Of a DNA stretch of 26,537 bases, positions 19,661 to 26,537 are shown piece by piece. This stretch comes from Arcobacter sp. Its GTDB lineage: Bacteria > Campylobacterota > Campylobacteria > Campylobacterales > Arcobacteraceae. A program made the position numbers and the translations under genes. Each line of letters opens with the position of its first letter. Position 1 is the first letter of the stretch. The stretch lies in NCBI GenBank assembly GCA_965662175.1, contig CBFIGT010000022.1, positions 1-26,537 on the forward strand, written 5' to 3'. A model generated the notes under the pieces. That model worked only from the letters and a program-made list of their open reading frames with translations. It made no database searches and had not been told where the DNA came from.

Positions 19661-21352
19661 ATGGAAATAGGTTCTCAAGCCTTATTTGCTGCCCTACCAA
19701 TTATTGTAGCAGCAATTTTACTAGTTGGTTTTAGGTTACCAGCTAAAAAAGCTATGCCTGTTGTTTATATTGTAACAGCACTTATAGCATTGTATGTATG
19801 GGAAGTAACATTCAATAGAGTTCTAGCATCAACTATTCAAGGTTTGCTTATAACTATTGCTGTGTTATGGATTATTTTCGGTGCAATTTTATTGCTAAAT
19901 ACTTTAAAACACTCAGGTGCAATAAAAGTTATTAGAGAGGGATTTAATAATGTAAGTCCTGATAGAAGAGTTCAAGTTATTATTATAGCTTGGTTATTTG
20001 GTTCATTTATTGAGGGTGCTTCTGGATTTGGAACACCAGCTGCTATTGCAGCTCCTCTTATGGTTGCTATTGGATTTCCAGCTATGGCTGCTGTTATGAT
20101 TGGTATGATGATTCAAAGTACACCTGTATCTTTTGGTGCTGTTGGAACTCCTATTTTAATAGGGGTAAATAAAGGTTTGGATAGTGAGGGAATTGGAGCA
20201 ACACTTCAAACTCTTGGCTCAAACTGGGAAACTTATCTTCAAATTATTACAAGTGAAGTAGCTATTGTTCATGCTATTACAGGTACTTTGATTCCACTAT
20301 TTATGATTATTATGATGACAAGGTTTTTTGGTCAAAACAAATCATGGACTGAGGGTCTATCAATCTTACCATTTGCTATTTTTGGTGGTTTAGTATTTAC
20401 AATTCCTTATGCACTTACAGGTATTTTCTTAGGTGCTGAATTTCCATCATTAATTGGTGCGCTTGTTGGTCTTCCAATTGTTACTTTTGCTGCAAAAAAA
20501 GGGTTTTTAATTCCTAAAGACACTTGGGATTTTGCTCCAAAAGAGAGTTGGCCTGTACATTGGGTATCTAAATTAGAGATAAAACTTGATGCAATGACTT
20601 CAAAAGTTGATATGTCACTAACAAGAGCTTGGTTCCCTTATGTTTTAGTTGCCGTAATATTAGTGATTACAAGAGTTTCTGATGAAGCAAAAGCTTTTGT
20701 AAAATCATGGGTAATCCCATTTAAAAATATTTTAGGAGAAGGAATTGCTTACTCTATCACACCTTTATATCTTCCTGGTGGTATTTTGTTATTTGTTGTT
20801 ATTGTTACTTATTTCATACATAAAATGGAATTCAAAGAGTTAAAAGAGGCCTTCTCAGAATCTTCAAAAGTGATGATAGGTGCAGGGTTTGTTCTTATTT
20901 TTACTATTCCTTTAGTTAGAATTTTAATTAACTCAGGAGTAAATGCTTCTGGATTTGATTCAATGCCTGTTGCAATGGCAAACTTTGTTGCAACATCAGT
21001 TGGTGATATTTATCCACTTTTTGCCCCAATGGTTGGAGCACTTGGTGCATTTATCGCTGGAAGTAATACTGTTTCAAATATGATGTTAAGTCAATTTCAA
21101 TTTGGTGTTGCAGATGCTTTAGGTATTTCAACTGCCTTTATGGTAGCACTTCAAGCTGTAGGTGCTGCTGCTGGAAATATGATAGCAATTCACAATGTAG
21201 TAGCAGCTAGTGCAACTGTTGGACTACTTGACCAAGAGGGTGAAACACTAAGAAAAACTATTATTCCTACACTATATTATTGTTTAATTGCAGGTATTTT
21301 AGGTCTTATTGGTATGTACACTTTAGGATTAGTTGACCCACTGATGAAATAA
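19661..21352 (+). CDS. lctP: L-lactate permease (LctP family)
   Basis: [32 protein letters not shown] and GAAAGNM motifs; multi-pass membrane protein; AAGGAG RBS. Confidence 0.93.
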   Translation: MEIGSQALFAALPIIVAAILLVGFRLPAKKAMPVVYIVTALIALYVWEVTFNRVLASTIQGLLITIAVLWIIFGAILLLNTLKHSGAIKVIREGFNNVSPDRRVQVIIIAWLFGSFIEGASGFGTPAAIAAPLMVAIGFPAMAAVMIGMMIQSTPVSFGAVGTPILIGVNKGLDSEGIGATLQTLGSNWETYLQIITSEVAIVHAITGTLIPLFMIIMMTRFFGQNKSWTEGLSILPFAIFGGLVFTIPYALTGIFLGAEFPSLIGALVGLPIVTFAAKKGFLIPKDTWDFAPKESWPVHWVSKLEIKLDAMTSKVDMSLTRAWFPYVLVAVILVITRVSDEAKAFVKSWVIPFKNILGEGIAYSITPLYLPGGILLFVVIVTYFIHKMEFKELKEAFSESSKVMIGAGFVLIFTIPLVRILINSGVNASGFDSMPVAMANFVATSVGDIYPLFAPMVGALGAFIAGSNTVSNMMLSQFQFGVADALGISTAFMVALQAVGAAAGNMIAIHNVVAASATVGLLDQEGETLRKTIIPTLYYCLIAGILGLIGMYTLGLVDPLMK

Positions 21353-21413
21353 ATATAAAATATAAATTAAACTTGATTTATGTTAATTTATATTACAATG
21401 ACACATAACTAAC

Positions 21414-21482
21414 GCCAGTCCTCTATAAATGATAAGTTCTTATACGATTTAGTATACTAACCTCTATGTTTATAAGACTGGC
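21414..21482. ncRNA. Candidate structured ncRNA (69-nt imperfect hairpin with duplicated motif) adjacent to an Abi-like HEPN gene
   Basis: Outer stem GCCAGTC/GACTGGC, inner stem TATAC/GTATA, and direct repeat CCTCTAT-N4/5-ATAAG at 21420-21436 and 21461-21476. On the + strand it is flanked by TACAAT (21394-21399) and a T-tract. Confidence 0.5.
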
Positions 21483-21489
21483 TATTTTT

Positions 21490-22160
21490 TTATCTAGACA
21501 TTTTAGAATAAATAATTTTTTCTATGTTCTCAAATTCATCTTTTTTTAACTTTTCTAAAAGGTAAAAAGATTCTTTATTAGAAATATAATCTTTCTTAAA
21601 CCCTATAAATAGTTTTTTAATTTGAATATTTTTAAACTCTTCAATATTTTTATATTCATTAAGTTGATTTAACATAAAAAATAAAAAAATATACACATCT
21701 AATGACTTATGATTATTTATCTCTTTTCTTAAAAGTTGATATTTCCCAACTCCTGTTGCACTTCTAAAGGTGCGGTTAAATATTCTACCACCATGGGCAA
21801 CTCTATTTCTGATTTCATTTAATCTTTTTAGATAATTTAAAAACTTGTCGTTCTTCCCTAATCCAAAATTAGAGGCTGTTTTACTATAAATATCAGTATT
21901 TCCAATCTTTAAACTTCTTATAAAAGATATTACACAACCTAAAGTAGCACTCTCTATTAAGTATTTAAAAGGAGGATAATTATATTCACCATCATTAATA
22001 TTTATGAGTAATATATTTTGTAGTAGAAGCAACACTTTTATAAATTTTAGACAAAAAAATTACCTTTTTTATTATTTTTTATAAATTAATTATATACTTT
22101 GCTAACTTAGAATTTCGATTGAAGTATTTCACATATTCCCCTTTCTCCTCTTTTTCAAGC
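21490..22160 (-). pseudogene. Abi-like (AbiD/AbiF, Abi_2-type) HEPN ribonuclease gene, 5'-degraded; intact 3' ORF 21490..22035
   Basis: YPPFKYLIESATLG and LNEIRNRVAHGGRIFN (RxxxxH HEPN motif). The GTG start lacks an RBS, and coding-like fragments continue upstream in another frame with a stop. The 5' boundary is approximate. Confidence 0.65.
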
Positions 22161-22169
22161 AAATTTCTA

Positions 22170-22175
22170 TATAAT
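22170..22175 (+). promoter_or_regulatory. -10 box (TATAAT) for the flavin reductase gene
   Basis: Perfect TATAAT 25 nt upstream of the ATG, with an AAGG RBS in between. Confidence 0.55.
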
Positions 22176-22200
22176 ACTTTTAAAAATTTAAAGGCTTTAT

Positions 22201-22764
22201 ATGATACTTGACTATGCTGAAATAAATGACTTAAACCGATATAAAATCATGTCTGATACTGTTGTACCAAGACCTATTGCTTGGGTTGTGACTGAAGATG
22301 ATGGTATTTTAAATGCTGCTCCATTTTCATACTTTATTCCAATCTCTTCAAATCCTGCAACACTTATTATTGCAATTGGAGAAAAAGAGCCAGGTGTTCC
22401 AAAAGATAGTTTAGCAAATATATTAAAAACAAAAAAAGCAACTATCTGTTTTGCAAATAAAGATAATGTAGATAAGGTAAAACTATCATCAACAATGCTA
22501 GCAAAAGAGCAAAGTGAAATTTTAGAATATGGTATAGATGTTGAAAAAGTTTTGGAAGATTTCCCACCTATGATAAGTTCATCACAAAGTGCCCTATTTT
22601 GTGAATATTATGACACTGTTAAAATCCCTGGAAAAACTACTCCTCTTATCTTAGAGATAAAAAAACAGTTTATTGAAGATGATAGAATAAATGAGAAAAT
22701 GCATATCAAAGTTGATAATGTAGGAAGATCAGGAGTATTTTTCAAAGCGATGGTAGACCTTTAG
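22201..22764 (+). CDS. Flavin reductase family protein (DIM6/NTAB-like, FMN-binding split barrel)
   Basis: VVPRPIAWV, NAAPFSYF and KDSLANI motifs. Confidence 0.9.
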   Translation: MILDYAEINDLNRYKIMSDTVVPRPIAWVVTEDDGILNAAPFSYFIPISSNPATLIIAIGEKEPGVPKDSLANILKTKKATICFANKDNVDKVKLSSTMLAKEQSEILEYGIDVEKVLEDFPPMISSSQSALFCEYYDTVKIPGKTTPLILEIKKQFIEDDRINEKMHIKVDNVGRSGVFFKAMVDL

Positions 22765-22785
22765 TAAAAAGGTCTATTAATTTTT
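22754..22785 (+). terminator. Intrinsic terminator overlapping the flavin reductase stop
   Basis: 9-bp stem TAGACCTTT-agtaa-AAAGGTCTA followed by TTAATTTTT. Confidence 0.65.
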
Positions 22786-22851
22786 ACTATTAATTTTACT
22801 TAAAGTCATTTTCTTTATAATTATAAGAAAAATTTATATAAGGATTTTTCT

Positions 22852-23772
22852 ATGTTAAAGAAAATAATTTCTCTTACTTTTTTACTAACTTTTTATGCAC
22901 AAGCCTTTGACTTTAATCTAAAGCCTGTAAAACTTTCAGATGAACTTTACTGTTTTTTTGGAAAGCTTGAAGTTCCAAGTGAAGAAAATGCAGGAAATAT
23001 GTCAAATAGCTGTTATGTAAAAGGTGATAATAGTTATGTAGTTGTTGATACAGGTTCAAACTATGAGTTTGCGAAACAGACTTATGAAGCTATGAGTAAA
23101 ATAGCAAAACTTCCTGTAGAAGCTGTAATTGTATCCCATGAACATGATGATCATTTTTTAGGAAATGGATTTTTTAAAGATATCTTTAATGCAAAAATCA
23201 TTGGACCATCTACATTTAATGATAAATATAACTCAAATAGTAAAACAAGAATGATGAGTCTATTATCAGAAGATATCATGAGCAAAACTAGAGTTGTACC
23301 TGTTGATGTAAAAATTAGCGAAGAGACTACTATGACAATCTCAGGAAAAGAGTTTACTTTTATTCCATTGGGATTTAAAGCACATTCGGCGCAGGATTTA
23401 GTGATTTATTTAGAAAAAGAGAAAATCCTTTTTGCAGCTGATGTTATTATGAATGGAAGACTTAACTCAACAAGAGATGGTTCTGTTATTGGGATGTTAA
23501 AAGCTGTTGATTTAGTAAAAAGCAAAGATTGGAAAATCTTAGTTCCAGGTCATGGTTTTGATACAAGTGAAACTGCTCCAAATGAGACAGAACAATACTA
23601 CTCTTTAATAAAACAAAGAGTTATGAAAGCTGTTGAAGATGATGTTGGAGCTGCTGAAGTTTCAAATATAGTATTAATGGAAGAGTTTAAAGATATGCCA
23701 TTTTATGATGTTTTTAATAAAAGAAATGTTTTTGATGCTTATTCTGAACTTGAATTTTATGATGGTGAATAA
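22852..23772 (+). CDS. Periplasmic metallo-beta-lactamase-fold hydrolase (SoxH-like)
   Basis: Signal peptide ending AQA; SHEHDDHFLGN (HxHxDH), AHS, AAD and PGHG metal-binding motifs. Confidence 0.85.
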   Translation: MLKKIISLTFLLTFYAQAFDFNLKPVKLSDELYCFFGKLEVPSEENAGNMSNSCYVKGDNSYVVVDTGSNYEFAKQTYEAMSKIAKLPVEAVIVSHEHDDHFLGNGFFKDIFNAKIIGPSTFNDKYNSNSKTRMMSLLSEDIMSKTRVVPVDVKISEETTMTISGKEFTFIPLGFKAHSAQDLVIYLEKEKILFAADVIMNGRLNSTRDGSVIGMLKAVDLVKSKDWKILVPGHGFDTSETAPNETEQYYSLIKQRVMKAVEDDVGAAEVSNIVLMEEFKDMPFYDVFNKRNVFDAYSELEFYDGE

Positions 23773-23789
23773 GAGCTTTTAAGCTCTTA
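23770..23789. terminator. Short hairpin between the convergent MBL gene and fumC
   Basis: TAAGAGCTT-tt-AAGCTCTTA inverted repeat spanning both stop codons. Confidence 0.45.
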
Positions 23790-25170
23790 TCATCTCTTCT
23801 GGTTTAACATATTTATCAAACTCTTCATTTGATAAAATCCCTAAGTTTATAGCTTCTTGTTTTAGTGTTGTTCCATTTTTATGGGCTGTTTTTGCTATAA
23901 GAGCTGCCTTTTCATATCCTATATATGGATTAAGTGCTGTTACTAGCATCAAAGAGTCATTTAAAAACTTAGCGATTTTTTCTTTATTTGCTTCTATTCC
24001 TATTGCACAATTATTATTAAAAGAGTTCATACTATCACTTAAAAGTCTAATTGATTGCAAAATATTATAAGCAATTACAGGCTTAAATACATTTAATTCA
24101 AAATTCCCTTGGCTAGCTGCCATACTCACACTTGTGTGATTTCCCATAACTTGAACAGCAACCATAGTCATAGCTTCACTTTGTGTTGGGTTTACTTTCC
24201 CAGGCATAATAGAACTTCCAGGCTCATTTTCAGGAATAGAAAGTTCCCCAATTCCACATCTAGGACCCGAAGCTAACCATCTTATATCATTTGCTATTTT
24301 CATAAGATTTGAAGCCAAGGCATTTAAGGCACCACTTAAAAAAACCTCCCCATCATGACTTGTCAAAGCATGAAATTTATTTGGATGAGAGATAAATTTA
24401 TATTTTGTGTTTGTTAAGTTATTTAACTCTTCACTTACCATTTGTGAAAAATCAGGATGAGAGTTAAGTCCTGTTCCAACAGCAGTACCTCCAATAGCTA
24501 GTTCACAAATATATTTCATACTATCATCTATTTGATTTAAAGCTTTGGTTAACATCTCAACATAAGCTGAAAACTCTTGGCCTAAAGTAAGTGGAGTAGC
24601 ATCTTGTAAGTGAGTTCTTCCTATTTTTATAATATTTTCAAACTCCTTTACCTTTTTTTCAAAAGTTGATTTAAGAGTTTTTATAGAGGGAATTAAACTA
24701 TTTTGAATCTCCAAAACAAAAGCAATCCTCATAGCACTAGGGAAAGTATCATTTGAACTTTGGGCTTTATTTACATCATCATTTGGATGAACTAATTTAA
24801 AAATTCTAAAATCTTCACCCAAAAGCTCTGTAGCTCTTGAAGCTATTACTTCATTTAAATTCATATTTGATTGAGTACCACTTCCTGTTTGCCAAACAAC
24901 TAAAGGAAAATTATCATTAAATTTATTTTCAATAATCTCTTCACAAGCCTTTTTTATAGCTTCTGTTTTTTCATCATTGAGTTTATTTAATCTATTATTT
25001 GTAATAGCACAAGCCTTTTTCAAAAAGGCAAAAGCTTTGATTATTTCAGTTGGCATATTCTCTATACCTATTGGAAAATTCTCTAAACTTCTTTGGGTTT
25101 GAGCACCCCAATACTTTTCATCTGGGACTTTTATTTCACCCATAGTATCACTCTCTATTCTATAATCCAT
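23779..25170 (-). CDS. fumC: Class II fumarate hydratase
   Basis: [36 protein letters not shown] and [11 protein letters not shown] signature. Confidence 0.98.
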   Translation of the reverse strand: MDYRIESDTMGEIKVPDEKYWGAQTQRSLENFPIGIENMPTEIIKAFAFLKKACAITNNRLNKLNDEKTEAIKKACEEIIENKFNDNFPLVVWQTGSGTQSNMNLNEVIASRATELLGEDFRIFKLVHPNDDVNKAQSSNDTFPSAMRIAFVLEIQNSLIPSIKTLKSTFEKKVKEFENIIKIGRTHLQDATPLTLGQEFSAYVEMLTKALNQIDDSMKYICELAIGGTAVGTGLNSHPDFSQMVSEELNNLTNTKYKFISHPNKFHALTSHDGEVFLSGALNALASNLMKIANDIRWLASGPRCGIGELSIPENEPGSSIMPGKVNPTQSEAMTMVAVQVMGNHTSVSMAASQGNFELNVFKPVIAYNILQSIRLLSDSMNSFNNNCAIGIEANKEKIAKFLNDSLMLVTALNPYIGYEKAALIAKTAHKNGTTLKQEAINLGILSNEEFDKYVKPEEMIRA

Positions 25171-25187
25171 AATAAACTCCTAAAAAT

Positions 25188-25574
25188 CTATTTATCCATC
25201 AAAATATCAGCTTCACTTCTAATCTTTTTCTTTAAAAAAGATTTTTCTCTTTCACTTAAATCTTTACTAACCTTACTCAAAGGCTTCTCTTTTTCTTTGA
25301 CTTTTGTTTCTACTTTTTTCTCTTCATTTTTTTTAAAAAGTGTTATTAGTAGATATGCAGATATTCCAATATTTGAAAAAATCATAATCCATTTTATAGG
25401 TAAAATATAGTTTAAGTATTGAGTTTGTTCTGTTAACTTCAAATACTCCACAATATCTGAGTATAACCATTGAGATAAAAGAACAGATGAAAGTAATAGG
25501 ATAACTATTGTTAATCTTTTTCGGAACTTATAGATTAAACTCCAAATAAATATTGATTTTACTTGCTTAAACAT
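25188..25574 (-). CDS. Hypothetical membrane protein (about 2 TM helices, basic C-terminus)
   Basis: 128-aa ORF with two hydrophobic segments; abuts the upstream gene stop and ends 17 nt before fumC. Confidence 0.75.
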   Translation of the reverse strand: MFKQVKSIFIWSLIYKFRKRLTIVILLLSSVLLSQWLYSDIVEYLKLTEQTQYLNYILPIKWIMIFSNIGISAYLLITLFKKNEEKKVETKVKEKEKPLSKVSKDLSEREKSFLKKKIRSEADILMDK

Positions 25575-25889
25575 CTAAATTAAAAAATCCAATCCCAATA
25601 AGGCTAATGCACCAACCAATGATTTAGTTTTTAAATCATCTTTGATTTTTCTTTTCTCATTTGCTATTAAAACCTCTAATTCCTCATCATTATAATCATC
25701 AAAAGTTTTATGCCTCATCACAAGCTCAGCTTTTAAATTTAAGATAGCTTTTTTCTGAATCTTTTCATCAATAGCATCTTTTAACTTACTACTTTGTATT
25801 TTTGTATAATCATATGTTTTGCTAAACTGCTCTTTTGTTAGGTTAAACATATTTTGTGTTTTTTCTTTTATATTTGTTGTTAGTTTCAT
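25575..25889 (-). CDS. Hypothetical protein (helical, C-terminal hydrophobic tail)
   Basis: 104-aa ORF whose TAG is followed immediately by the next ATG; no clear RBS at the first ATG. Confidence 0.7.
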   Translation of the reverse strand: MKLTTNIKEKTQNMFNLTKEQFSKTYDYTKIQSSKLKDAIDEKIQKKAILNLKAELVMRHKTFDDYNDEELEVLIANEKRKIKDDLKTKSLVGALALLGLDFLI

Positions 25890-25939
25890 CTGTTTATTGT
25901 ATTGAAAAATTGATAAAAAAGATAGAAAAGTATCAGTAA

Positions 25940-26537
25940 TTAAATATCTTTTATAGATAAAAGTTTATATTCACTCTCATAGTTTTTATAATCTTTGATT
26001 AATTTTTGTGATTTTAAAATTTCATTATAATAACCTGCGTTATTATAATATAAATTATCCTAACTTTTTGATAATATATTCTCAAGGCTAGTTTTTCACA
26101 ATCCTCTTTTCTTTAAATATATGTTCATATTCAAAAAATTGGTAAAAGAATTAATCTAAATAACTCTTTAAAATGTAAATTGACAAATTGTCTTAAGGTT
26201 GTTACGAACATCTTCAATTTTATATTTATAAAATTTAAATCATTTTTTTGATTTTCTTCATTAAATTTAAATCTTTCTTCATTAAATTTATCTTTATATG
26301 TTTTTTCAACTAAACCTATCATTGCATCACCAAGTGTTTTAATATTCCACTCTTCTAATGTAAAATAATCTTTAATATAATGTGTTATAACAGCTACTTT
26401 TCTTATACTTGTTATCCAAACTAAATCTAAGATAATATCTGCACCATTTTGTCTAATGTAATAAGCTACATCAGGTAACTTATACCTTTTTTCTTTTAGA
26501 AGTCCAATGTATCCATGTAGTGCAATATCTGAAAACT
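25940..26537 (-). pseudogene. 3' part of an unknown gene running in from the right edge, apparently with a degraded 3' end
   Basis: The 26131..26322 frame is open to the window edge (FSDIALHGYIGLLKEKRYKLPDVAYY...). After about 26155 a shifted frame continues with two internal stops to TAA at 25942..25940. Confidence 0.45.

Noticed and set aside
21420..21476. Direct repeats as a mini-CRISPR array
   Set aside because: Only two short, imperfect copies nested in one hairpin, and no cas genes nearby.
22852..23772. Antibiotic-resistance metallo-beta-lactamase
   Set aside because: The MBL fold alone is not evidence of resistance; there is no mobile context and the features fit SoxH-like proteins better.

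Overview
AT-rich chromosomal window from a Campylobacterota bacterium (gene content and style suggest Arcobacteraceae; inferred). The left half (121-14064, minus strand) is a complete 14-gene complex I (nuo) operon of the epsilon-proteobacterial type. In it, the NADH-binding NuoE/NuoF subunits are replaced by a small TusA-like protein and a 263-aa protein that visibly aligns to the C-terminal half of NuoG. The right half holds an AAA ATPase, a secreted Sel1-repeat protein whose true start appears to be ATA, nfo, a type II NADH-dehydrogenase-like flavoprotein, L-lactate permease, a flavin reductase, a periplasmic MBL-fold hydrolase, fumC, small hypothetical genes and a decaying ORF at the right edge. 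The most interesting element lies between lctP and the flavin reductase: a 5'-degraded Abi-like HEPN (RxxxxH) gene followed directly by a 69-nt structured element containing a duplicated motif, a candidate RNA antitoxin. No rRNA, tRNA, CRISPR array or transposase was recognised.
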